Shown here: positions 1-9,771 of the stretch, in pieces
Position numbering within the stretch: the stretch's first letter is position 1
Layout of the letters: each line of letters opens with the position of its first letter
Virus record (IMG/VR): IMGVR_UViG_3300031993_000017
DNA: 64,000 nucleotides
Direction: 5' to 3' (one strand)
Source: a virus
Lineage: Duplodnaviria; Caudoviricetes
Made by a program: the position numbers and the translations under genes
Notes under the pieces: generated by a model
Seen by the model: the letters and a program-made list of their open reading frames with translations, nothing else
Databases searched by the model: none
Told to the model about the DNA's origin: nothing

Positions 1-255
1 CCGCAAATCATGAACCTCATTACTGTTCTCCATTCGTTTCACCTTTCTAGACATCCACCAAGCTACATCATTTTGATATCTAAGCTCACTTGCAAGTGCG
101 TCTAAGTTAACTTTCACATCAGCAATTCTTTCCGCCAGAGCTTCACAGGTACTAGGAGATGCTCCGCTTTTCTTAAGCTCGATGATTTTACTAGAACACT
201 GACACATCGATTCAATGCTATCAATGATATCAAAATACAGTTTGTTTTCGTCCAT
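1..255 (-). CDS. hypothetical protein (runs off window start)
   Basis: ATG at 255 with GAGGT SD; reads MDENKLYFDIIDS... open to the window edge; ATCGTT motif upstream at ~302. Confidence 0.6.
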   Translation of the reverse strand, partial: MDENKLYFDIIDSIESMCQCSSKIIELKKSGASPSTCEALAERIADVKVNLDALASELRYQNDVAWWMSRKVKRMENSNEVHDLR

Positions 256-322
256 TTGCACTACCTCTTTACAAAATGTTTAAATTCCTACAATTTATCT
301 TAACGATCCTATAAGATTAAAA

Positions 323-799
323 TCATCCATTTTCTAAAAGTTCTTTGAATAATTCAATAGAGCAGATATAAACATTAGAATATGGATCAAATCCAGATAC
401 TACATAAATAGTGGAAGTTGATATGGTTTTTGGATTAACATGTATGTTCACAGATGTTGGTTCAAATGTTACAAGTTCATGAGTACTCAAACTGTCAAAT
501 TGATACTTGAAAACAACAAATGTATTTGAAATATCTTGAGTACCGTCATCTACGATCAAAACGGGGTTTCTGTGATGAAATACAGATTCATCTGAGATTT
601 TTATCCAATGATTTTTATTGAATACAACAGAGGGCTGTTTCGACACATGTGTTTTACACTCGCCTAACCATGATGAGGATATAACATCTCCATAATGAAA
701 ATCTCTAGCCCCGCTTCCAACTACAGTTTTCCATCCGAGGTACTTAGCTACCATTGACTCTTGTTTACTACTGTAATCTTTAGTTGCCATCGCCATCAT
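323..799 (-). CDS. PD-(D/E)XK nuclease, Holliday junction resolvase-like
   Basis: E...GSGA...GD...GECK pattern typical of Hjc-like resolvases. Confidence 0.65.
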   Translation of the reverse strand: MMAMATKDYSSKQESMVAKYLGWKTVVGSGARDFHYGDVISSSWLGECKTHVSKQPSVVFNKNHWIKISDESVFHHRNPVLIVDDGTQDISNTFVVFKYQFDSLSTHELVTFEPTSVNIHVNPKTISTSTIYVVSGFDPYSNVYICSIELFKELLENG

Positions 800-1043
800 C
801 CTCTAAAATAACAGTTTTGTTATCCTCAGACCATTGTGAATGCTCTAAGATATATTCATTATTCCCATTCTCATCTTTATCAGTAAGAATGAAGAATTGA
901 ACATAATCATCTTTCGGTGAGATATTTAAACAAAGTCTGTCATCGACTCCGCAATCTTTCATCGCATCCAAAAGTTGCAGGGACAGATTAAGAACTTTTT
1001 CATGTAACTTCTTGTTGATATTTCTAGTAGTCATATTCATCAT
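780..1043 (-). CDS. hypothetical protein
   Basis: ORF with GGGAG SD, packed in operon. Confidence 0.6.
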   Translation of the reverse strand: MMNMTTRNINKKLHEKVLNLSLQLLDAMKDCGVDDRLCLNISPKDDYVQFFILTDKDENGNNEYILEHSQWSEDNKTVILEDDGDGN

Positions 1044-1058
1044 CTCCCATTAAACACA

Positions 1059-1301
1059 CTATTCTTCGTCAGATAGGTAAATAGGAACATTCCCTGCTTG
1101 AATCATATTAGCAAGCTTTGTAAGATATTCAATCGCGGCTTCACGATTCTTAAACTTCCCGATTCTGTAAGTAAACAAATGTGCTGAACCATTCATCTTT
1201 GCATCAATTGCGGTGTATGAGTAATCTGTATCATGAATATCAAAACTGACAATGTATTCGGACATGATGTATGTACCTTGATCCTGACATCCGATTATCA
1301 T
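1059..1301 (-). CDS. hypothetical protein
   Basis: ORF with GGAGGTG SD. Confidence 0.6.
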   Translation of the reverse strand: MIIGCQDQGTYIMSEYIVSFDIHDTDYSYTAIDAKMNGSAHLFTYRIGKFKNREAAIEYLTKLANMIQAGNVPIYLSDEE

Positions 1302-1489
1302 ATCACCACCTCCATTCGTGTAATTTCTTTTCCTTTGATAACTTTTGATAATTCACACCCGTCTTGATCGTATTTGTTGAAAAGTCTAGGATTACACCAT
1401 TCATCAGATCAATCTTCAACCGATGTTTCTGTGCAAATTTAATATCGTACAGAAGTCTTTTGTGCTTCGGCATAAGCAAATATTGTAAT

Positions 1490-2026
1490 CTAGTCATCTG
1501 AGAAATCCTCCCACGCAGAAGATTTAGTTCCGAGCGGGTCTCCATCTTTTATCTTCATTACATTGTCAAGACTACAAGCGATCCCACAGACACCGGTATC
1601 TTTATTTGCAAATACATAAAAATGAATTGAAACTCTGGCATACACTCCTGAATAAATCTCAGAAGTATCTTCAATAGGATTCTTGTAAATGTCAATCACT
1701 TGGGGCTTACTTCCAGAAGTAGCATTAAGGAAGTAATGACCTACATAAGCTTCGTCCCAATCTCTTTCCTTGTCTCCATCACGAAGTGGATTCTTGATCT
1801 GAGAGAACTCTGGTATGAATCCAAATGCCTTTTCAAGTTTTCCGCTTCCTTCTACATAGGCTTGCCAAATTGCGTCTTGAATCTTTTTGATATCCGGGCT
1901 ATCCTTCGGAATCAGAATCGTTGTAGAATACTTTTCCGGACCACCATTAACGGATTTAGGATACCAAATATTAGCATAACTAAGCCTAGACTGTTTAGAA
2001 GTAATTACTTTTGTCTGATAACTCAT
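1490..2026 (-). CDS. phage ssDNA-binding protein (DUF2815 / T7 gp2.5-like)
   Basis: RLSYA..W, KYSTTILIPK, PLRDGD, YSGVYARVS, L.NVMKIKDG.PLG, acidic C-terminus. Confidence 0.85.
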   Translation of the reverse strand: MSYQTKVITSKQSRLSYANIWYPKSVNGGPEKYSTTILIPKDSPDIKKIQDAIWQAYVEGSGKLEKAFGFIPEFSQIKNPLRDGDKERDWDEAYVGHYFLNATSGSKPQVIDIYKNPIEDTSEIYSGVYARVSIHFYVFANKDTGVCGIACSLDNVMKIKDGDPLGTKSSAWEDFSDD

Positions 2027-2056
2027 AAAATCACCGCCTATATTTTTTTTATAATC

Positions 2057-2992
2057 TTACAAAGTAGTTTCTTCATATGTGTATAAGTACCTAAACCTGT
2101 CACTTCTCTCCGAATCAACAAGACAATCACTGTACCTACGTGCATCTCGCATATCAAGGAAGAAGTGAATTCCGTGTGAACATTCATTCCAACGCTCCTC
2201 GTCAAAGGAATCAGCGTATACCATTTCACCAACTTTATATGTGATTGGTGTGGTGACTTGCTTAAACGTAAAACCATCCATCAGACCTCTTGCACCAACA
2301 TTCAATTCATCTACAGTAGCTTCTGATAGGTCAAGTATGTTATAGATGCCTAAGACAAGTGCTTTATCGCATCTGCATTTCCTACTTGTTGCTGATGTTC
2401 TTTTTGCGTCTTCTGTGATTTTCAGTTTCACAAGATAGTTACCTACACGTTTCCAACCGATGAACTCACCTTCCGATGGGCAAGCCATAGGAACTGATGA
2501 AACATCAAATGCACCACTAAAATTCGCATAATCAAAAATAGTCCCATAATTTATACGACATCCTGTAAATTTAGCACCTCTGCAATCAGCACCGAACAAT
2601 ATCGTACCACATAAATTGGAGTACGACAAATCGATGTTACGTAAGTCACCTCGATACAAGTTACACGACATCAGATTCAGATACCGAAAGTCAATTTCCG
2701 GATGTTCTTCTGCTAACTCTCGGAATGACACACACTGAAATTTATGTTGATAGGAAAGACTGCTTTCAATCCGTCCATACTCACAACCTAACTGCTCACA
2801 TTTCATATCGTAGTAATGCTGAAATGATTCATCAGATATTCGATGACAACGCACATACACAGAAAATTCAGTGTAACTTTTCAATTTAGATAATTCTTCC
2901 TCACCGATCATTTTTAACAGTTCTGTGTGAGCAAGTAAAATTGATACCAAACTTGTCTCTTTGCCACATAATAAAATATTAACGTCATACAT
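2057..2992 (-). CDS. pentapeptide-repeat / DUF5758-like protein
   Basis: pentapeptide repeats (DLSYSNLCG..ADCRGAKF) then CP.EGEFIGWK, KCRCDKA, ECSHGIHFF. Confidence 0.8.
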   Translation of the reverse strand: MYDVNILLCGKETSLVSILLAHTELLKMIGEEELSKLKSYTEFSVYVRCHRISDESFQHYYDMKCEQLGCEYGRIESSLSYQHKFQCVSFRELAEEHPEIDFRYLNLMSCNLYRGDLRNIDLSYSNLCGTILFGADCRGAKFTGCRINYGTIFDYANFSGAFDVSSVPMACPSEGEFIGWKRVGNYLVKLKITEDAKRTSATSRKCRCDKALVLGIYNILDLSEATVDELNVGARGLMDGFTFKQVTTPITYKVGEMVYADSFDEERWNECSHGIHFFLDMRDARRYSDCLVDSERSDRFRYLYTYEETTL

Positions 2993-3047
2993 ATGATTAC
3001 CTCCTATATCATTCCCTTGAAATATTTACATCGTTCATGAGAAATTC

Positions 3048-3977
3048 TCAGACCGCTTCCTCAGCATAAACAAGTCGGTCTTTATATTGACGTGCCATAC
3101 TGTACTCTGTAAAGAAGTGTATTCCATGTGAACATTCATCCCAACGATCTTCGTCAAAGGAATCGGCATATGCTATTTCATCAACTTTATAAGTTATTGG
3201 TGCTGTGATCTGCTCGAATTTAACACCACCAACCATCAGACCTCTTGCAACAACATTCAATTCATCTAAATCTGCATCCGATCCGTCAAGATTATAAATT
3301 CCTAATACAAATGCTTTGTCACATCTACATTTATAACTTGTCGCAGATGATCTTTTAGCGTCTTCAGGAATTTTCAGTTTAACAAGATAATTTTTTACAC
3401 GCTTCCAACCTATAAACTCACCTGTTTCTGGACAAGCCATTGGTACGAAAGTAACATCAATTGAATGTATAAGATTTGCATATGTGAAATCAGTATAATA
3501 ATCCGTACTGCATCCAGTGAACTTAGCATCGCTGCAATCAGAAGCAAGGAACTTTGTACCACATAAGTTAGAGTATGATAAATCGATACCACGTAGAGCA
3601 CTCACGGATAGATCACTTTTTTCTAAATTCAGATACCGAAAGTCTGTTTCTGGATGATAGGATGCAAACATTGTGAAAGACACTCGCTGCATATTTATAT
3701 TACACAAGCTACGCTCAATCAATCCATATGGTTGACCTAACTGATCGCAAATTGTATCTGCATAGGGAAGAAACTTACCATCTTTCAATACATTAGTTTC
3801 TTGAATGTACTTCTCAAATTCAGCATAACTTGTTATATCATTCAGATCTACATTTTCACCAACCATCTTTAACAGGTCTGTGTGTGCAAGCAGAACATCA
3901 TCTAAATATACTTCTTTACCGCATAGGTAAATGGAGTCTTGTTTACCGCCGCCTAGGTAAATATGGTTATTGTTCAT
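3048..3977 (-). CDS. pentapeptide-repeat / DUF5758-like protein (tandem paralog)
   Basis: same motifs as 2057..2992; likely start ATG 3977 after GAGGGGG SD. Confidence 0.8.
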   Translation of the reverse strand: MNNNHIYLGGGKQDSIYLCGKEVYLDDVLLAHTDLLKMVGENVDLNDITSYAEFEKYIQETNVLKDGKFLPYADTICDQLGQPYGLIERSLCNINMQRVSFTMFASYHPETDFRYLNLEKSDLSVSALRGIDLSYSNLCGTKFLASDCSDAKFTGCSTDYYTDFTYANLIHSIDVTFVPMACPETGEFIGWKRVKNYLVKLKIPEDAKRSSATSYKCRCDKAFVLGIYNLDGSDADLDELNVVARGLMVGGVKFEQITAPITYKVDEIAYADSFDEDRWDECSHGIHFFTEYSMARQYKDRLVYAEEAV

Positions 3978-3990
3978 ACTATCCACCCCC

Positions 3991-4254
3991 TCATGACTTG
4001 TTTGCAATGTACCATACTGCGTAACTCACCGTATCCATAGTATCATAGGTGTTTACAGTAGTAGCATCTTTTACATATCCACTTCTATTGAGTGTAAGTT
4101 CTGATAAGATATAGTCACCTTTTGATAATCTGATCACATTGTAGTAATCATCACCACACTTGAAACTTACACCGGATTTTGTTGCCAATTCATTCTCAAA
4201 GAACTTATTAACTTCATTCAGGCTCTTTCTTGTAAGATCGACATAATTTTTCAT
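3991..4254 (-). CDS. hypothetical protein
   Basis: ORF downstream of ATCGTTATAT motif at ~4295. Confidence 0.55.
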   Translation of the reverse strand: MKNYVDLTRKSLNEVNKFFENELATKSGVSFKCGDDYYNVIRLSKGDYILSELTLNRSGYVKDATTVNTYDTMDTVSYAVWYIANKS

Positions 4255-4327
4255 AAACTTTGCTACTTTGAATTTTATTAGTTGTACTGTATATAACGAT
4301 TGAATTTTGAGAAATAATCAAGGTTAC

Positions 4328-4567
4328 TCAAAAATCTTCATCATATTCATCTTCTTCATCATATTCATCTAAACCAAGCCGTTCATTCACGGCATCAATG
4401 TATCTGTCACACACAGCGATCAAATTGTAGTAATCACCGCTAGTTGCCTCCTTATGCATCTGATCGATTTCTTCTCGGGTAAATTTAGCGTTCCTCATTG
4501 CCCTTGCAGTATACCCCATAATAGCAAATGCGTTTCCGTCAACGCCGATAAGTGTGTAAGCTTTCAT
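4328..4567 (-). CDS. conserved small phage protein (G.DGNAF.IMG family)
   Basis: LIGVDGNAFAIMG...SGDY motif; AAGGAGG SD. Confidence 0.7.
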   Translation of the reverse strand: MKAYTLIGVDGNAFAIMGYTARAMRNAKFTREEIDQMHKEATSGDYYNLIAVCDRYIDAVNERLGLDEYDEEDEYDEDF

Positions 4568-4595
4568 TTTTGTTTCCTCCTTAAATGTGTTTGGT

Positions 4596-4841
4596 TTAGT
4601 TTTCTGTGAACAGCTGATATTCTACAATATCTTCAGGAACATCGCAGTCAAAAAATCTGATATGCATTCCGTTAGAATTGGTGTATTCGACCAATGTTGC
4701 TTCAGCGAAGCTACCATCACGTAATTTAACTGCATAGTTGTTGTTTTCACTATTCCTGTAATCGTACTCTGGCAATCCATTTTCAATTGGAATCCAAGAC
4801 GCCGATGTACTGCTAGCTACTACAGACGTATTTAAGTTCAT
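4596..4841 (-). CDS. hypothetical protein (WIP..E.LP motif, DUF551-like)
   Basis: SWIPIENGLPE motif; GAGGAG SD. Confidence 0.5.
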   Translation of the reverse strand: MNLNTSVVASSTSASWIPIENGLPEYDYRNSENNNYAVKLRDGSFAEATLVEYTNSNGMHIRFFDCDVPEDIVEYQLFTEN

Positions 4842-4868
4842 TAGTGTTAGATCCTCCTCAGCATTTAT

Positions 4869-5549
4869 TCAAGAAACCTCTTCGAGTCGTCTGGATTCGA
4901 CAGCGGACTTTCCATCGTCTTTCCCTTTGTTGTACGCGTAAAGGTTGCTGTTAGTTGCTTTAACTACAGTGCTTATCTCACGCTTGCTACCCCCTCTAGT
5001 TATATCATCGAACTTATCATGTACTTCTTGAGAAGTTACAACGAGTAGTTCGTGAGCCTGTCGATCAAGAACATCATCTACTCCTCTTACGAAACCAATC
5101 TGATAAGCATAACACACACCCTTGGTTTCCTTACCCTCTTTGTAGAATTTATCATACAACTTGACAGAAAGCTTGTTTCCAGTAATGAAAAGATACTTGA
5201 ATGTTTCATTTGCGATATCTGCGTCAGTTTTGTACCCTACAAACACTACAGCCTTTCCAGAAAAGAAAACATCGCATCTGAAGTTCTTAGCTACGATCCT
5301 GGCTAGCTCGTATCTCCATTTGACATTTCCATACACATTGAGATCTGCTACATCTACATATCTCATGACGATTTCATGTTCAATAGATTCTACATCATCT
5401 AACTGACTCATGTGGATATCATATTTGGCCATAAGCTCCTGTGCTTTCATAGCAGCAGCTATGGCTTCGTTCTCGTTAGGATTGTTCTTGCTCAAATCGA
5501 ACAAGTTGTTGATTTTCTCAATGATCTTGTCTCTGTTGAAATTTTCCAT
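4869..5549 (-). CDS. DUF2786-domain protein
   Basis: KIIEKI..L..L...NPNENEA.AA..KAQELMAKY N-terminus. Confidence 0.8.
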   Translation of the reverse strand: MENFNRDKIIEKINNLFDLSKNNPNENEAIAAAMKAQELMAKYDIHMSQLDDVESIEHEIVMRYVDVADLNVYGNVKWRYELARIVAKNFRCDVFFSGKAVVFVGYKTDADIANETFKYLFITGNKLSVKLYDKFYKEGKETKGVCYAYQIGFVRGVDDVLDRQAHELLVVTSQEVHDKFDDITRGGSKREISTVVKATNSNLYAYNKGKDDGKSAVESRRLEEVS

Positions 5550-5606
5550 GTTTTGTCCTTTCTGAGCTCTAACCGGAGCCCTCGGAATACTATTGACTAT
5601 GGTTAT

Positions 5607-5635
5607 ATTATAATATGGAAGTTAGAAAAAGTCAA
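5607..5635 (-). promoter_or_regulatory. sigmaA-type (early) promoter
   Basis: TTGACT-17bp-TATAAT on minus strand upstream of the DUF2786 gene. Confidence 0.8.
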
Positions 5636-5653
5636 TAATGTAATTAAAAAAAA

Positions 5654-5833
5654 TTACTGATTTTCTTCTGGAACATCAAAATCTCTTGCTAAAATATATA
5701 AGATAGCTCGGAGACAATTCTTGATGTTGTGTAGAACGAACAACACCTCTAGCATGAAACTCATAACTACAATGATAGCTACATATGTCAATATAGGTAA
5801 GTCTCCTAATTCTTTAAAAAATTCAGCAATCAT
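5654..5833 (-). CDS. small membrane protein
   Basis: ATG 5833 after GGAGG; one hydrophobic helix. Confidence 0.5.
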   Translation of the reverse strand: MIAEFFKELGDLPILTYVAIIVVMSFMLEVLFVLHNIKNCLRAILYILARDFDVPEENQ

Positions 5834-5913
5834 GTTTTTATCCTCCTGTATCATTTTAAACGATTCAAATACATAGAAAATCGCCGACAAGTTTTTGCCG
5901 GCGAAATATAATT

Positions 5914-6588
5914 TCAATATGAAAAACTGAGTAACCATTTGACAGCTCTATCAATCTCTTTTGATATAAGGGATGGATTCTTGTAAAACTTAGCATCATT
6001 GAATGTAACTGCTTTCTCAAAATCTGACATAATATTCTCTTGACCTTGAGTCTTATCTGCTACATATATAACACCAGTAACTTCTCCAGAATGCACATTG
6101 TAATTTGTTTGATAACTAAAAGCAAGTTTCACCCTAGAATTTCTATATTTGATTACTAACCCTCTGCATAAGTTCCTAACATCTTCCTCGAATCTATCTA
6201 CCTTTGCAATAATCTTCTTCTCTTCTTCAAATTCCTTATAAGCTTGTCCTAGATTGAAGGTTATGACCATATCTAAATCTTCGGTGATATCTTCAATTGT
6301 GTTGAACCTTGTAGAAAATGTAGTGCTGTAAGTATTTGGAAGTGTCGTAGTATATGCTAGTTCATAACCTTTGTACTTTATAGTACCAAACTTAGATACA
6401 GGAAGTCCAAACAGCTTTGTGTAACGGAATGTATACTTAACTAAATTGTCAACTAATGATATTATCTCTACTTCACCAGAGCAGTTGTAACTACTTGCGG
6501 TGTGATCTAAAATCTTTTGCATTTCTTCTGTAATCTCAGAAACTGTTACAGACGTAGGATTGTGGCTAGCTAAAATGCGAATTCTCAT
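5914..6588 (-). CDS. hypothetical protein with degenerate basic N-terminal tag (MRIRILAS)
   Basis: ORF, GGAGG SD, ACCTTTTAT motif upstream. Confidence 0.65.
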   Translation of the reverse strand: MRIRILASHNPTSVTVSEITEEMQKILDHTASSYNCSGEVEIISLVDNLVKYTFRYTKLFGLPVSKFGTIKYKGYELAYTTTLPNTYSTTFSTRFNTIEDITEDLDMVITFNLGQAYKEFEEEKKIIAKVDRFEEDVRNLCRGLVIKYRNSRVKLAFSYQTNYNVHSGEVTGVIYVADKTQGQENIMSDFEKAVTFNDAKFYKNPSLISKEIDRAVKWLLSFSY

Positions 6589-6627
6589 AGGAACCTTCCT
6601 CCTTTGATGCTATAAAAGGTAAAAAGA

Positions 6628-6665
6628 AACGCATGTAGATACCAAATGAGATACCTACATGCGTT
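6628..6665. terminator. intrinsic terminator hairpin
   Basis: AACGCATGTAG...CTACATGCGTT inverted repeat with a U-rich tail on the minus strand. Confidence 0.65.
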
Positions 6666-6686
6666 GTGTTAATTGAGAATTTAGTA

Positions 6687-7418
6687 TCAGATCTTGTCAG
6701 TCAGATGTGCGTTGATGTATTCTCTTCCTACATCTTCTTTATCCCATCTCTTGACAATATGTAATCCTAAAGGACTGAATACAACTTCTACGAGTAATTC
6801 AATGAATCCTCCGACTACTGCTGTGCCGAGTGCGGTCCAAACTGGATAACTGAATCCCCAGAAGATCGGAGCAAAGATGCAATACAATCCTCCAAAGAAA
6901 AGGAAGTTATCTACAAACTGACCTACAAAAGTGGACACATAACTTCTAATGAAGAAAGCAACACCGCTGTCAGGATTCTTGACGAATATCTTACCTACAA
7001 TTGAATTCAAGATACTATTAACTACACCTGACACTACAAATGCTACAGTACTACAAAGAACAATGAACCATACAGACGCGAATACGGAATTGAATGCGGA
7101 ATAGTCCTGGCTGTTGTTAGGAATGGCTGCAACAATCCACAAGAATATTACAGAAAATAGATTACCAAGTGCAGAAAGAACATTGAGCATGATTGATGCT
7201 CTAGCACCAAAACGCTTTGTTACGGTATCCATGCATAAGAATGGACACCAGCTTAAGATAAATCCTCCTGTGAATGCTACATTGCTTATCTGGAAAATAA
7301 TTTTTCCTGCGGCTAGATTCATGAGTACTGTACTAAGTACAAATGCTACAGTTACTAGTGCAGGAATGTTCTTCAATAGCAGTTTATAGTCCGCTATAAG
7401 ACTCTTGTTTGAATTCAT
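6687..7418 (-). CDS. queuosine precursor (preQ0/preQ1) transporter, QPTR/VUT (YhhQ-like) family
   Basis: multi-TM protein; N..A.K, D...K.FG, S.VAF.VS, RS..ST.VGQ.VDN.LF motifs. Confidence 0.8.
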   Translation of the reverse strand: MNSNKSLIADYKLLLKNIPALVTVAFVLSTVLMNLAAGKIIFQISNVAFTGGFILSWCPFLCMDTVTKRFGARASIMLNVLSALGNLFSVIFLWIVAAIPNNSQDYSAFNSVFASVWFIVLCSTVAFVVSGVVNSILNSIVGKIFVKNPDSGVAFFIRSYVSTFVGQFVDNFLFFGGLYCIFAPIFWGFSYPVWTALGTAVVGGFIELLVEVVFSPLGLHIVKRWDKEDVGREYINAHLTDKI

Positions 7419-7471
7419 GATGAATTCCTCCTTTTTATGGTTTTGATTTATATAGACCGCAGGAATTCAGT

Positions 7472-7735
7472 TTAGGTCTGAGAACTGCGGTTGATATCAG
7501 ATTCTTCATCCTCTTTAGGTTTCTTATCATCTTTTTTCAGAAGATAGTAACCATTGATGAAAATCATGATTGCATTTGCAACCCAGGTGTATGTAGCTCC
7601 TATGTACAGCCCATATATAACAAACAAAACACTACCTGTAAGATTTAAAATTCTTATCAGTTTGACTGATTTAAAGCAAAATCCTATCACTATACAGGTA
7701 GTAGCTAGAAATCCAATTATTTCAAAAATATTCAT
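7472..7735 (-). CDS. small inner-membrane protein (YgjV-like)
   Basis: IG..A.....F......IR..N..GS..F.IYG pattern, three TM segments. Confidence 0.65.
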   Translation of the reverse strand: MNIFEIIGFLATTCIVIGFCFKSVKLIRILNLTGSVLFVIYGLYIGATYTWVANAIMIFINGYYLLKKDDKKPKEDEESDINRSSQT

Positions 7736-7895
7736 ATAATAATCCTCCGCAGATATCTCTAGTACAATAACGATTCGGTAACTGCAGATATCCGCGGAGT
7801 ATGAAAATTATTTTATGTTGTATTTCTTACACCAGGCTTTATACAATTTTTGACGTACCCATCGGCTAAAGCCAATAGGATTCGCAAGAAGTTTG

Positions 7896-9160
7896 CTACG
7901 AGAGCCTTATTCTTGCAGGACTCGCCAAAAGTCCCAGACACAGTTTGTCGAAATCGACATTCTGCTTACATTTTCTCATTATGTTTGCCGCACCATTTAC
8001 ATCTGCATTAACGATTGTACCATTCGCAGAACAATACAGACCTCGATGTAGTCTCTTACCACTAAACTTACCTGTATATGGTTGTTCAGGCTTGTATTCA
8101 GGCAATACATCTTTGTCAAGGAAACTGCTTTTAGATGTATATGCTTCTTCTTGTTCGATGTAGTCAATACCATACTTCCAACAAAGAAAACTCAACTGAT
8201 TTCTCAAATCTCCGAGAGGTATCTGAACAAAATTCTGATTGTTTACTTTGCCGATGTTAGAATTTCTTTTGAAGTCAGCATTATATCCAACGACAAGTGA
8301 ACCTATATCATTTTCTATACAATAGTCAATGATATATCGTGCAGTCTTTTTGATACAGTCATTTACCTGATTATTGCGTTTAGTAGTAATTCTCTGAATA
8401 CGATTAGTAGTTTTCAAATTCTGTTTCATAGCAATTGAGCGAAGCCTTGACATCTCTTTATTCCACTGGTGATTGATTGATTTAATTTTACGACCATCCA
8501 TTATGAATGATGTCCCAATTGTGGAAACGCAAGTTGCTAAATTATCTATTCCGAGGTCAATTGAAATTACATTGTCTTTATTCAGATTTATCGGTTCTTC
8601 GGTTACTTCATACACATACTGAATTTTGAATACTCTACCATTACCGCAAGGCAAGATACGAACTTCTTTAATAGTTTTATCTGAAAGCCTTTTAGGAAAT
8701 GGTATTGCAATCTCTTTAACTTCAGGATGTAATGCCCTAAACTCTCTACTCATAGGGAGCATCAGATAATCACCACGAATAATAATCGCATTAGTAGAAA
8801 GCACTAAATTGAATAATCCCCCGATTTTCTATAATGTGGTATCTTTACATCGTGGTAGCGGTAATCACCGACTTTACACTTTTTCAGCAAATTGAAGAAT
8901 GATTTGAAACTGCGGTCAACAACTTTCATAGTTTGTTGAGCCACACCTGCTTGCAGTAACTTGTAATTTTCATTAGTCTTACATTCGTGATAATTACTCT
9001 CGTAGGTCAAAAACATCTTGGTATCAAAATAATGTTGTCTTATATTGTAAAGAGCAACATTATACAGATTATTAGAATATCGACACATTTCTTTAAGTAG
9101 ATTATATTGCTTTTTGGATAATCCTCGAATGACATTACTTTGTACTGCGTAAGTTGACAT
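7896..9160 (-). pseudogene. tnpB: TnpB (frameshifted, two ORFs 8804..9160 and 7896..8804)
   Basis: collinear with intact 43809..45074; break at a G5 run near 8818-8822. Confidence 0.85.
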
Positions 9161-9263
9161 CTTATTCTCCTTTCTATAGATTTAACATCACATACATATA
9201 AGGTTATTTAATATATTCTAATTATATATTAAATCTAAACTAATCACAACCTTATATGAAAAT

Positions 9264-9677
9264 ATGAGTAACGAATATATTTCTAAAAATAGATGCAAAT
9301 TCCTATTAAGATACCACTTAATCTTTGTATGTAAGTATAGAAGAAACCTACTTGCAAGTAACAACATATCATCAGATATTAAGAAGTTATCGGAAGAAAT
9401 TGCTAATAATCATAATGTTACCATTAAGTATATGAAAACTGACAAAGACCATATTCATTATATGATTGAAACAAATCCAAATATCAATTTATCAGATTTT
9501 GTCAGAGTATTGAAACAATATACTACATATCATATTTGGAAGAAGTATGAACCATATTTATCCAAATGTTTCTGGCACGAACGTACCGTTTGGTCAGATG
9601 GATACTTTATAGCATCTATAGGAGAAGTGAGTTCACAAACTCTACAATACTACATTGAAAATCAAGGTAAGAAATAA
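9264..9677 (+). CDS. tnpA: IS200-type Y1 transposase
   Basis: YHLIFVCKYRR, DHIH (HUH), WSDGYF, YIENQG. Confidence 0.95.
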   Translation: MSNEYISKNRCKFLLRYHLIFVCKYRRNLLASNNISSDIKKLSEEIANNHNVTIKYMKTDKDHIHYMIETNPNINLSDFVRVLKQYTTYHIWKKYEPYLSKCFWHERTVWSDGYFIASIGEVSSQTLQYYIENQGKK

Positions 9678-9771
9678 GCCACCGTTTAGACGGTGGCATT
9701 ATATCGACATTCATCCAATGAACTAAAGTTCATCCAATGAACTAAAGTTCATTGGTTTTCTGTCAAGATTG

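Noticed and set aside
4596-4841. MNLNTSVVASS as a member of the KRY-tag family
   Set aside because: It has VVAS but no basic residues and lies in a sigmaA-driven early operon.
7430-7465. Canonical preQ1-I riboswitch
   Set aside because: It lacks the conserved UUC loop and a 5-bp P1; kept only as a low-interest hairpin.
7808-7849. KLYKAWCKKYNIK* frame after the first IS, as the tail of the 9772..9924 gene
   Set aside because: Rejoining the flanks still leaves a stop at the junction; continuity needs an extra frameshift, so it is not supported.
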